This document shows positions 10,713 to 20,077 of a stretch of 64,000 bases of DNA, piece after piece (position 1 is the stretch's first letter; each line of letters starts with the position of its first letter). The position numbers and the translations under genes were made by a program. The notes under the pieces were generated by a model. The model did not search any database and was not told where the DNA came from. It saw only the letters and a program-made list of their open reading frames with translations. This stretch comes from Planctomycetota bacterium (GTDB taxonomy: Bacteria > Planctomycetota > PLA2 > JAEUHO01): contig CBDCTJ010000007.1 of NCBI GenBank assembly GCA_965222115.1, positions 1,536,001-1,600,000 on the forward strand. The letters are read 5' to 3'.

Positions 10713-12137
10713 ATGACTCAGATTCAGCTTCAAAGTTACGGGGCTTCACGCACGGTCACCGGAAGCCGTCATTTGCTTCACTACGGGAAGAAGCGCATAC
10801 TCCTGGACTGCGGGCTGTTTCAAGGGCGTCGCGACGAATCCAACGAACGCAATCGACACATTCCCTTTGCAACCGACGCAGTGGTACTCAGTCACGCACA
10901 TATCGATCACTCGGGCGCCCTGCCGAGTCTTGTCCGCAGTGGTTTTCGCGGAAAGATTCACGCCACGCCGGCCACGCGCGACCTCTGCTACTCCATGTTG
11001 GCTGATTGCGCCAAAATTGCGGCGTCCGAAGCCCGCTATCTCAACAAGCGCCGCAAGAAGAAGCGAGGGGATCCCAAGATTCGGCCCATTTACTCAATGG
11101 CCGACGTGAAACGTACGCTCTCCCAGTTTGTTTCGCACCACTATGAAGAGGAGTTCACGGTGTTGCCCGGCATTCGCGCGCGCTTCCGTGATGCCGGCCA
11201 CATTATTGGTTCTGCAGGTGTTCTTCTCACGGCAAAGGACGCTCCCTCGATCTATTTCACCGGCGACGTTGGGCGTCGCATGTATCCGATTCTGAAAGAC
11301 CCCGAGCCGCTGCCCACGGCCGATGTTGTGATATCAGAGTGCACGTACGGCACCCGAGACCATGCCAATGCGCGCATTTCGTCCGACGAGTTGATCGAAG
11401 AAGTTCGCCGCGTCTTCGCACGGAAGGGCAAACTCCTTATCCCCGCATTTTCCGTAGGTCGCACGCAGAACATTATCTACGCCATTGCGCAGGCCTGGCA
11501 CGAAGCCAAAGCGCCGCGCGTGCCCGTGTACGTCGATTCGCCTTTGGCCGAGAAGGCCACACACGTCTTTGTGGGCCATCCGGATTGTTACGACGAAGAG
11601 ACGGAGTCGTTTCTTTCAGAAGGCGGCAAGCCGTTCTATCCCAAAGGCGTGCGCTACGTTGAATCGCGTGACGAGAGTAAGAGCCTCAACAAGAAGAAGG
11701 GGCCCATGATCATCATTGCGGGCTCGGGCATGTGCGAAGCGGGTCGCATCGTCCATCACTTGAAGCATGGACTTGACGATCCTCGCAATACCGTGTTGCT
11801 CGTAGGCTGGTGCGCGCCGCATACGTTGGGACGGCGCCTCATTGACGGACGCAATCCCGTGCGTGTGTTGGGTCGCATGGTGGATGTGCGGGCTCGTGTC
11901 AACAAGCTCAATGCCTATTCCGCACATGCGGGCCGATCCGATCTGCTTAACTTCTTGGCACCCGCGCGTCGCAAACGCTCTTCGATCTATCTCGTGCATG
12001 GGGAGGAGTCCACATGCATGGCCTTCTCCAAGAATCTGATCGACGAGGGGTTTCGGCGTGTGGTCGTTCCGGAGACCTACGCGCGCTACGACCTTGCGCC
12101 CGCAGGTGCCACCTCGGCGGCGGCTGCAGCGTCTTGA
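10713..12137 (+). CDS. MBL-fold metallo-hydrolase, beta-CASP (RNA-processing) family
   Basis: Motifs LDCG, SHAHIDHSG, AGHIIGS, FTGD, SAHAG, VHGE. GGAGG RBS before ATG 10713. Confidence 0.9.
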   Translation: MTQIQLQSYGASRTVTGSRHLLHYGKKRILLDCGLFQGRRDESNERNRHIPFATDAVVLSHAHIDHSGALPSLVRSGFRGKIHATPATRDLCYSMLADCAKIAASEARYLNKRRKKKRGDPKIRPIYSMADVKRTLSQFVSHHYEEEFTVLPGIRARFRDAGHIIGSAGVLLTAKDAPSIYFTGDVGRRMYPILKDPEPLPTADVVISECTYGTRDHANARISSDELIEEVRRVFARKGKLLIPAFSVGRTQNIIYAIAQAWHEAKAPRVPVYVDSPLAEKATHVFVGHPDCYDEETESFLSEGGKPFYPKGVRYVESRDESKSLNKKKGPMIIIAGSGMCEAGRIVHHLKHGLDDPRNTVLLVGWCAPHTLGRRLIDGRNPVRVLGRMVDVRARVNKLNAYSAHAGRSDLLNFLAPARRKRSSIYLVHGEESTCMAFSKNLIDEGFRRVVVPETYARYDLAPAGATSAAAAAS

Positions 12138-12151
12138 GAATCGGTCGCATG

Positions 12152-12185
12152 AATCCACTCGCCGCTGAAGCAAGCGCAGTGGATT
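12152..12185 (+). terminator. Hairpin downstream of the beta-CASP gene, possible intrinsic terminator
   Basis: Inverted repeat AATCCACT...AGTGGATT. The U-tract is short. Confidence 0.4.
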
Positions 12186-12215
12186 TGAAACGGCGGGATA
12201 TCCACAGCGTCTAAT

Positions 12216-12791
12216 ATGGGCCCGGCCGATCGGGTGACGGTCGCATGGAGCCCCGCGATTTCAGATCCATCCACCAAATATCGCGCACTGTCGAGTCGAT
12301 GGGCCGGCCTTATTGTGCGCGCCGTGTGGTGGACCATGCTGCTGCTTCATGTCGTGGTGCTCGCCTTCGTATCGGTTGCCGTCACGCGCGACGGCGTGTC
12401 GATGCAATCTGTCGGGGATGTCGTCGCGCTCCTAGGCGCGATCGCCTTCTTCTACTTCAAGGCGCGTGATGTCGCGTGGTTACGTATTGGCGGGCGAACG
12501 AAGGGGCTGGTCGTGTGGGCGTTGCTTGCGGCGCTTGTTCATCCCCCGGCATTTCCCGCCGACGGATCATGGGCGGAGGAGATCCCGCAGTCGTTGGTCG
12601 CCGTTTGTACGGTGGTCGCCGGCGTGGCTGTTGTGACCCGCGTCATGTCGAGTCGGTTACGCATGTCCGCGCCAAACAAGCCCTCGTGGCGACGGTTGTG
12701 GCAATCGGATCCCGCGCCCATCCTGGTGCGCACACACATGGCTTGGGATGCGCGCGGACCACCTCTGTACGCGTTACCGGTAATTTCCTGA
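12216..12791 (+). CDS. 4-TM membrane protein with C-terminal RGPP motif; candidate regulatory leader/arrest peptide
   Basis: Four hydrophobic segments, His45 and His109 in TM1/TM3, RGPP at codons 180-183 (12753-12764). True start is uncertain and may be GTG 12234. Confidence 0.65.
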   Translation: MGPADRVTVAWSPAISDPSTKYRALSSRWAGLIVRAVWWTMLLLHVVVLAFVSVAVTRDGVSMQSVGDVVALLGAIAFFYFKARDVAWLRIGGRTKGLVVWALLAALVHPPAFPADGSWAEEIPQSLVAVCTVVAGVAVVTRVMSSRLRMSAPNKPSWRRLWQSDPAPILVRTHMAWDARGPPLYALPVIS

Positions 12792-12903
12792 CGCGGATAT
12801 CGCTTCTTCGCGCGTTCCTCTTCTGCTGCCGGTAACCCGTGCGCCGCCCCTTCAACCGTGGGCGCCGTGTCTCGATCACGTGGTCCTCGAGAGCAACCAT
12901 CCC

Positions 12904-15180
12904 ATGTCTCATGAACAGTCTGGAGGTATAGCGCCCCCGCGCACGCGCGGCGTTTTGCTTCTCAATCTCGGCTCGCCCAGCGGATGCGACCCGCGTTCGG
13001 TGCGGCGCTACTTGGCCGAGTTTCTTGCCGATCCCGAAGTGATCAAATTGCCGCGCGGTATGCGGTGGTTTGGGAAACCTCTTGCACGCATGATCGCGCG
13101 CTCTCGCGCCAAGCAATCGGCCCACGCCTATGCATCCGTATGGACCGACGATGGTTCTCCCTTGCTCGTGATTTCTGACGCGCAGGGCAGGGCGCTTGCC
13201 CATGTGTTGGGACGTGCATTCGATGTGCGGGTGGCCATGCGTTACGGTCATCCTTCCATTGATGATGTTGTTGCGTCGTTCGTCGAGGATGACATTCACG
13301 ACGTCACAGCGGTTCCGATGTATCCTCAGTTTGCCGGCGCGACCACAGGCACCGCGTTGGCCGCGCTGTATCGCGCCTTTGAACGTCACGCGCGAGACAC
13401 GGAACTTGTCGTTCGCAATGCGTGGTACGACGATGCGGGCTACATTCAGGCCCAAGTCGCGGTACTTAACGAGGCAATCGCGAAGCACGGCCTCACGCCC
13501 GACAACACCACGCTTGTATTTAGCGCCCACTCTCTGCCCGTGGCCTACATCAAGGCCGGCGATCCGTACCAAAAGCACATCGTGGAAACCGTTCACCTTG
13601 TGTCAAAGGCTCTTGGGTGGCCAGAAGAGCGCATCACGCTCGCCTACCAATCCAAGCTTGGTCCGGTGGAGTGGCTCGCGCCGCAAACCGCTGAAGTCAT
13701 CGAATCACTTGCTAAGAATGGCACGCCCAACGTTTTCGTGTGCCCCATCAGTTTCACGGCGGACTGTTTGGAGTCGCTTGAAGAGCTCGATATCCGTGGG
13801 CGCGACGTAGTCGAGGCGCACGGCAGCAACTTCCATCTTTGTCCCGCGCTCAATGATCACCCTGCGTTCATTGAAGCGCTGGCAGGAATTGTCCGACGAG
13901 GGACGCGGCCTATCGCGTTGGAATCCAAATGTTCGGATGATGCTCCCGCTCAGCTCGATGCCGACTGGATGAGCCGGTTGGTGGTCACGGGCCTATCGCG
14001 CGAGCCTGGCGCACTCGACGCATTGCGTGATGCGGGCGTCCACATTACTAACCATGTTGATGATGCCACGTTTGCCGCGAGCAAGCGCACCCACCAAGAG
14101 GTGCGCGGACTCTGCTCGGCGCTAGGGGAGCGTGGTGTCGAGCAGAGTGTGGTTGTTTCTACGTGCGCGCGTGTGGAAGCCTATTCGCTCGCCCCGGCCG
14201 CGAGGGAAACCGAACAAAGGAGAACGATCACACGCTTACAATCAACATTGCTAACGGACGTCCATGACGCCTCCCACCCTCAAGTGCACGTTGGCCATGA
14301 GGCCTACCGACACGCGGTGTTGACCGCGGCGGGGCTATTGAGCTCTTTGCCCGGCGATAACGACGTCAGGCTTCAGCTTTGCAGTGCGGCGCGCACGGCG
14401 GAAGATGTTGCCCACGGCGCAACAGCTATCGGCATGGTCATGACACGGGCAACGGAAGCCGCCCAAGCCCTGTCGGAGGCAACCACGTGGCGTGATTTCC
14501 GCGTGGGGTTTGCCGATGTCGCCTTGGATGGAATTTCTCGATCGGCTTCCGTGGACTGGACGCAGATGCGATCCGTTGTTGTGTTGGGTGGGTCCACGAC
14601 GGCGCGAAGCACAATTCACACGTTGCGAAGGCGTCATGGCGTGCGTCCTTCTCAGCTAACGGGCATCTACCGCACGCGCAGCCGTGGAAAACAGCTCAAG
14701 GCGCTACGCCAAGCGCTGCGCGGCGCAACACCGTTGCGTGTCGATCGCTACGATGACGCGCGTGTACTCGATGCGCTGGCCCATGCCGACGTAATCGTGT
14801 TCGCGCACGATGCTCGTGAACCGATCTGGTCCGCCGAACAGGCCATGACACGCAGCGCTCAGACCAAAGTGATCATTGATTTCAACTCGTTCCCATCCAC
14901 ACGAGGGTTTGAAGACGACGAATCAACCGCATTGTGGCGACTCTGCGACATTGAGGCCGTTGTGCGTGACTATGCGGCTTCACTTGCGGGTTGTGAGCGA
15001 TTCCGCGTTGCCGTCCGCGAGGCGTTGGCGTGGCTTGAAGAACACATTGGTGCCACGCGCGAGGGTCGATCCATGGACGCCCGCCCGAGAAACGACCGCG
15101 TGACATGTACGCGGAGCGGTTGCGGTTGCAAGCGCGCCTTCGTGCCCGAAGTTCGCACGCGTGTGGAGACGGTGTCGTGA
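12904..15180 (+). CDS. hemH: Ferrochelatase (HemH) fused to a divergent glutamyl-tRNA reductase (HemA-like) domain
   Basis: N-half: LLNLGSP, MRYGHP, PMYPQF, SAHSLP, YQSKLGPVEWLAP, DCLESLEE. C-half from about 13969: VVSTCARVEAY and EAYRH..TAAGLLS..GDNDVRLQL align to HemA STCNRxE / GLDS..GExQIxGQ. Confidence 0.88.
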   Translation: MSHEQSGGIAPPRTRGVLLLNLGSPSGCDPRSVRRYLAEFLADPEVIKLPRGMRWFGKPLARMIARSRAKQSAHAYASVWTDDGSPLLVISDAQGRALAHVLGRAFDVRVAMRYGHPSIDDVVASFVEDDIHDVTAVPMYPQFAGATTGTALAALYRAFERHARDTELVVRNAWYDDAGYIQAQVAVLNEAIAKHGLTPDNTTLVFSAHSLPVAYIKAGDPYQKHIVETVHLVSKALGWPEERITLAYQSKLGPVEWLAPQTAEVIESLAKNGTPNVFVCPISFTADCLESLEELDIRGRDVVEAHGSNFHLCPALNDHPAFIEALAGIVRRGTRPIALESKCSDDAPAQLDADWMSRLVVTGLSREPGALDALRDAGVHITNHVDDATFAASKRTHQEVRGLCSALGERGVEQSVVVSTCARVEAYSLAPAARETEQRRTITRLQSTLLTDVHDASHPQVHVGHEAYRHAVLTAAGLLSSLPGDNDVRLQLCSAARTAEDVAHGATAIGMVMTRATEAAQALSEATTWRDFRVGFADVALDGISRSASVDWTQMRSVVVLGGSTTARSTIHTLRRRHGVRPSQLTGIYRTRSRGKQLKALRQALRGATPLRVDRYDDARVLDALAHADVIVFAHDAREPIWSAEQAMTRSAQTKVIIDFNSFPSTRGFEDDESTALWRLCDIEAVVRDYAASLAGCERFRVAVREALAWLEEHIGATREGRSMDARPRNDRVTCTRSGCGCKRAFVPEVRTRVETVS

Positions 15181-16598
15181 GCTCTCTAGAGGTTGCCGTT
15201 GATCGCGAGGTGTTTCAGCGATACGTCGGTCTTTCACTTCCGCGGCACGTCTCCTACCCCATGCCCACATGGTGGTCGGCCTTCGACTCACGTGACGCAA
15301 AGCGTCTGATTGACCGTCGCACGGAACGCACGACGTTCCACGATTTGTCTCTGTATATCCACATTCCTTACTGCCAAGCGCTCTGCAAGTTCTGTGCGTG
15401 CTCGCGCGTGATTCAACGCAAGGAGGGGCGCGGTGCGGCGGAGCGAACGCAGGCTTATGTGGATGCGTTGGTGCGGGAGATTCGATCCGCGGGCCGCAGC
15501 AACAACGCCGCGCAGGTTAGGCAGATTCACTACGGCGGCGGCACGCCAACCTATTTGTCGATCGAACAACTCCGTGCGATCCACGATGCCATCAACGATA
15601 CGTTCGACATCGCCTCCGATGCGGAAGTCGCGATGGAGATCGATCCCCGGGTGACGAGTGACGAGCAGCTGGATTTGCTTGCCGACCGTGGCTTCAATCG
15701 ACTGTCCCTGGGCGTGCAGGACTTTGACCGGACGGTGCAAGAGCATGTCCATCGCGTGCAGCCCTACGAGCAAGTGAAGCAGATCGTGGATGCCTGTCGT
15801 GTGCGTGGGATCGCGTCCATCAATTTCGACCTGATCTATGGACTGCCGTACCAAACGATGGACACCGTGTCCGATACGCTCGCGCGTGTGATTGAACTTT
15901 CGCCCGATCGCGTGGCCTACTATCACTACGCACAGATTCCCGACACAATTGCTACCCAAGTTGCCATCCATCATCACGCCATGCCCGATTCCGACGTGAA
16001 GTTGGACATGTTCACGAAGGGCGTGCGTGTGTTCACGGAAGCCGGGTATCGATTCATTGGACTCGATCACTTTGCGCGAGACCACGAGGGGCTTGCCAAG
16101 GCTGAGGACGACGGCGGGTTGCATCGAAATTTTCAGGGCATGACCACCGGAGCGGCGCTCGATCTGGTGGCTTTCGGTGCCAGCGCAATCAGTGAGTGGC
16201 ACGACCTCGGCTATCTACAAAATGTCCGGGATCCCGTTGCCTACGTGAGCGCGATCAACGCAAACGGAACCGCCGTCCATCGTGGAATGGCGCTTTCGGA
16301 TGACGATCGCATCCGCAAGGCAGTGATTCACCAGATTTATTGCCATGCGCGAATAGTGCCCGCTCACATTGAATCCCAGTTTGACATTTCATTTGGAGCC
16401 TATTTCGAACGTGAACTCGACCAGTTGAATGACTTGGCATCAGACGGCATCGTGATTCCCGAGGCCGATGGCTCGTTCTCCATTCCGTATCCTCTGGGAC
16501 GGGTATTGATGCGCAATGTTGGTGCGATTTTCGACGCCTACTTGCCCGACGAGGCCTATCGCGTCGGATGTCGAAGCACCTACTCGACGAATGCGTGA
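15177..16598 (+). CDS. hemN: Oxygen-independent coproporphyrinogen III oxidase (radical SAM)
   Basis: PRHVSYP, YIHIPYCQALCKFCAC (CxxxCxxC), GGGTP, RNFQG. GTGA overlap with the upstream stop. Confidence 0.93.
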   Translation: MSSLEVAVDREVFQRYVGLSLPRHVSYPMPTWWSAFDSRDAKRLIDRRTERTTFHDLSLYIHIPYCQALCKFCACSRVIQRKEGRGAAERTQAYVDALVREIRSAGRSNNAAQVRQIHYGGGTPTYLSIEQLRAIHDAINDTFDIASDAEVAMEIDPRVTSDEQLDLLADRGFNRLSLGVQDFDRTVQEHVHRVQPYEQVKQIVDACRVRGIASINFDLIYGLPYQTMDTVSDTLARVIELSPDRVAYYHYAQIPDTIATQVAIHHHAMPDSDVKLDMFTKGVRVFTEAGYRFIGLDHFARDHEGLAKAEDDGGLHRNFQGMTTGAALDLVAFGASAISEWHDLGYLQNVRDPVAYVSAINANGTAVHRGMALSDDDRIRKAVIHQIYCHARIVPAHIESQFDISFGAYFERELDQLNDLASDGIVIPEADGSFSIPYPLGRVLMRNVGAIFDAYLPDEAYRVGCRSTYSTNA

Positions 16599-16602
16599 AG
16601 CC

Positions 16603-17670
16603 ATGCATCAACGCCTGCCCACAAACGATCTTGTGTTGCGTGCCGCGCGCGGCGAACCGACGCCGCGCACGCCTGTGTGGTTCATGCGTCAGGCGGGCCG
16701 CTTCGATCCTGCCTATCGCGCGCTCAAGGAACGCGAGCAGCGGCCGCTTGAGGCGATGTTCGCCGACCCCGACATAGCCACCGAGGTCACATTGCTTCCG
16801 CAACGCTATGGCGTAGATGCCCTAATTCTTTTTCAAGACATTCTCACAATCTGCGGGCCGATGGGGGCGCGCTTTGTGTTTCGGCCGGGTCCCGTTCTGG
16901 CGCATCCGATTCGAACCGCCCGTGATGTTCAGGGATTGCGTTCCATGAGCCCCGAAGACGACATGCCATATGTGTCGGCCTCGATTCGGCACGTTCTGAC
17001 TTCCGTGGATGGTGCGTTGCCGCTGCTTGGGTTTGCCGGTGCACCGCTCACCGTCGCCGCCTTCATGGTTGCGGGCGAGAGTCCAGGTGCGGACCTTGCC
17101 GACCTCCGGACGATGATGCGCGAGTCACCCGAGGCACTGCACGACCTTATGCGTCATCTCGCTGCGCACACAAGCCGCTATCTGGACATGAAAGTTCGCG
17201 CGGGCGTTCACGCCGTTCAACTCTTCGAATCCATGGCCGATCGTTTGTCTGTAGACGAATACAACACGTGGGCTCTTCCCTATCAGCAACAAGTGTTTAC
17301 GTCGATGCATGAAGCGGCCACGCGAATCATCTTCGCCAAGGGTTTTAGCGACGTTCGTGCGCTGCTTGCCAGTGGCGCCGAGTGTTTGAGTGTGTCCGGT
17401 GACGTAGACCTGCGCGTGGCTCGCGCGCGACCTGACTGTGAGACTGTGGGCATCCAAGGCAACCTTAGCAACGTCTTGCTTCGCGATGGAACGCCCGACG
17501 AAGTGGAGCGTGCCACGCGTGCGTGCATTGATGCGGGGAGGCACAGGGGCCATATCCTCAATCTCGATCACGGGCTCTTTCCTACCACGCCACCCGAGAA
17601 CGTGTCGCGCGCGATTCAAACAGCAAAAACATATGTTGTCTCTGCGCCGACAGGCCCACGCACAGCATGA
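16603..17670 (+). CDS. hemE: Uroporphyrinogen decarboxylase
   Basis: PVWFMRQAGR, LFQDIL, GFAGAP, IQGNL, HILNLDHG. Alternative ATG at 16591. Confidence 0.95.
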   Translation: MHQRLPTNDLVLRAARGEPTPRTPVWFMRQAGRFDPAYRALKEREQRPLEAMFADPDIATEVTLLPQRYGVDALILFQDILTICGPMGARFVFRPGPVLAHPIRTARDVQGLRSMSPEDDMPYVSASIRHVLTSVDGALPLLGFAGAPLTVAAFMVAGESPGADLADLRTMMRESPEALHDLMRHLAAHTSRYLDMKVRAGVHAVQLFESMADRLSVDEYNTWALPYQQQVFTSMHEAATRIIFAKGFSDVRALLASGAECLSVSGDVDLRVARARPDCETVGIQGNLSNVLLRDGTPDEVERATRACIDAGRHRGHILNLDHGLFPTTPPENVSRAIQTAKTYVVSAPTGPRTA

Positions 17671-19046
17671 GTGCCATTGAAACGAACGTGGCCATCGTAG
17701 GTGGTGGGATTTCAGGGCTTGTTTGCGCGTGGACGCTGGCGCGCGCGGGCACGTCGGTCGCGCTTCTTGAGGCGAGCAACGAGCTCGGTGGCTGCATGCG
17801 TACGTCCCATGGTGACGGCGTGTTGTTTGAACACGGTCCCTTCAACGTCTTGGCGAGAGCGCCTGCGTTTGTCAACTTACTACAAGCGTGTGAATCGGAC
17901 GTGGGTGTGGTGTCGCTGGCCGAGGCAAGTCGCAAACGCTATCTCGCTAAGCGTGGGGCGCTTCATGCGATTCCCATGTCGCCGTGGGGTTGGCTCAAGT
18001 CGCCGTTGCTATCACCCATGGGGCGGCTGCGCCTCTTGCGAGGTGCGCTTGTTAGTCGACGCGCGCCCAAGAGAGAAGAGACGATCCATGAGGCCGCTAC
18101 GCGACGGTTGGGACGCGATGCCGCGGAGGTACTGGTGTCATCGGCCGTGGCCGGTGTGTTTGGTGGCGACAGCAAGCAGACATCACTTGCTGCCGCGTTT
18201 CCTCACGTAAGCGACGTCGATCGGCAAACGCGGAGTCCATTGATGGCGATGGTGCGGCGCGCCAAACAGCGAAAGCGAAGCGATCAAACCCGCCCCGCAA
18301 TGATTAGCTTCAAGAACGGCTTGCAGTCACTGGCGGACTGGCTCGGCGCAAACCTCAGCGATGGCGTATACCGCGAACACTTGGTCTCCTCGATTGTGCC
18401 TCGCGACAACGGCTGGCACGTTCACGCCAAGCATCACGGTCGCGAAGTGACTGTCGAAGCAAACAAGGTCGTTCTCACCACGCCCGCACGTGCCACGGGG
18501 TTGCTCGTGCGTGAGTTGGCGCCGAACGCCTCCGAAGAGTTGATCTCGCTCCCCACGTCCACCATGGCTGTAGTCAACTTGCTCTACGCGCGAAACGACG
18601 TCGCTCATCCGTTGGATGGCTACGGATTTCTCGTCCCCAACACAGAGAGCCAGCCGAAGTGTTTGGGCGCGCTGTTCGCCGACGCGGCGTTTCCACACCA
18701 CGCGCCGGAACATCAGTGCATTGTGCGTGTGTTCTTGGGCGGTCATCGCGAACCCGACATCTTGGCGCGCACCGACAAGGAACTTCGTGCGCAGGCGCGC
18801 GAAAGTGTTGAACCGCTGCTGGGCATCTCGGCTCAGCCTCGTTTTGCGCCCGTCATGCGCTGGCCTCGCGCCATTCCGCAGTACGCGATTGGTCATGCCG
18901 AGCGCATGGCCACAGTCGAGCGCGACGTGGCTCGTTTACCGGGATTGCATCTCGTGGGCAACTACCTGCGTGGGGTGTCAATCAATGACTGCGTGCGTGA
19001 GGCCGACGCACTGGCGAGGCGCATCCTTGCGGGGGAAGCATCGTGA
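17667..19046 (+). CDS. hemG: FAD-dependent protoporphyrinogen oxidase (HemY/HemG type)
   Basis: VGGGISGL FAD motif, FEHGP, GYGFLVP, RWPRAIPQY, GNYLRGVSINDC. Confidence 0.92.
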   Translation: MSAIETNVAIVGGGISGLVCAWTLARAGTSVALLEASNELGGCMRTSHGDGVLFEHGPFNVLARAPAFVNLLQACESDVGVVSLAEASRKRYLAKRGALHAIPMSPWGWLKSPLLSPMGRLRLLRGALVSRRAPKREETIHEAATRRLGRDAAEVLVSSAVAGVFGGDSKQTSLAAAFPHVSDVDRQTRSPLMAMVRRAKQRKRSDQTRPAMISFKNGLQSLADWLGANLSDGVYREHLVSSIVPRDNGWHVHAKHHGREVTVEANKVVLTTPARATGLLVRELAPNASEELISLPTSTMAVVNLLYARNDVAHPLDGYGFLVPNTESQPKCLGALFADAAFPHHAPEHQCIVRVFLGGHREPDILARTDKELRAQARESVEPLLGISAQPRFAPVMRWPRAIPQYAIGHAERMATVERDVARLPGLHLVGNYLRGVSINDCVREADALARRILAGEAS

Positions 19047-20077
19047 CAATCAGCGAATCCTTGGGCTCCCCGCGAGGGATACCGGAGCGTCCACGGCGCT
19101 TGCGTCGCACGCCCGTCATCGCCAATCTTGTTCGCGAGATACGTGTACACCCAAGTCAACTTGTGCTGCCCGTATTCGTTGTGGAAGGGCGCGAAATAGT
19201 TGATCCCATCGAGGCCATGCCGGGATGCGCGCGGCGTTCCATCGACGCACTGATGTCGCAATGCAAGGAAGCCTACGCATTAGGCATTCGTTCCTTTGCG
19301 CTGTTTCCCAAGATCGACGACGCATTGAAGAATCCCCAAGGATCGGAAGCGCTCAACGAAGACGGCCTTGTTTGTCGGGCCGTCCGGGCCCTGCACGACG
19401 CGCTCCCAGACGCCTGCGTATTTACCGATGTTGCACTTGACCCCTTCTCGTCCCACGGGCACGATGGACTCGTGGCCGACGATGGTCGCGTACTCAACGA
19501 TGAAACCGTTGACATCTTGGCTCGCATGGCCGTTGTACACGCGAAGGCGGGCGCCGACTTTGTGGCGCCGTCCGACATGATGGACGGACGCGTGGGGGCG
19601 ATTCGACGCGCATTGGATGGCGACGGGTATTACGACGTGGGCATTCTCTCGTATTGCGCCAAGTACGCGTCGGCGTTCTATGGACCGTTTCGCGAAGCGC
19701 TCGATTCCGCACCCGTCGATCTTGCGCACGTACCGAAAGACAAGACGACCTATCAGATGGATCCAGCCAATGCGCGTGAAGCGTTGCGCGAAGCAAGGCT
19801 CGACGAGCAAGAGGGCGCAGACCTATTGATGGTGAAACCTGCACTGCCCTACCTCGATATCGTGCATCGACTGTCCATCGCTTCATCGCTGCCTATTGCG
19901 GCGTACCACGTGAGTGGTGAGTACGCGATGGTGCGTGCCGCCGGGGAGCGCGGCTGGCTCGATGCCGACGCCTGCATGCGCGAGTCGTTGATTGCTATCG
20001 CGCGGGCGGGCGCGCGCGTGATCTTTACTTACGCGGCCGTGGACTACGCGCGCTGGTGGCGTTCCACAATGGCTTGA
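19043..20077 (+). CDS. hemB: Porphobilinogen synthase, Asp-rich (non-Zn) type
   Basis: RPRRLR, DVALDPFSSHGHDG, APSDMMDGRV, SAFYGPFR, MVKP, YHVSGEY. Confidence 0.96.
   Translation: MTISESLGSPRGIPERPRRLRRTPVIANLVREIRVHPSQLVLPVFVVEGREIVDPIEAMPGCARRSIDALMSQCKEAYALGIRSFALFPKIDDALKNPQGSEALNEDGLVCRAVRALHDALPDACVFTDVALDPFSSHGHDGLVADDGRVLNDETVDILARMAVVHAKAGADFVAPSDMMDGRVGAIRRALDGDGYYDVGILSYCAKYASAFYGPFREALDSAPVDLAHVPKDKTTYQMDPANAREALREARLDEQEGADLLMVKPALPYLDIVHRLSIASSLPIAAYHVSGEYAMVRAAGERGWLDADACMRESLIAIARAGARVIFTYAAVDYARWWRSTMA

Noticed and set aside
15105-15176. Upstream in-frame start for hemN
   Set aside because: The GTGA overlap at 15177 with a GGAG RBS is the more typical start.
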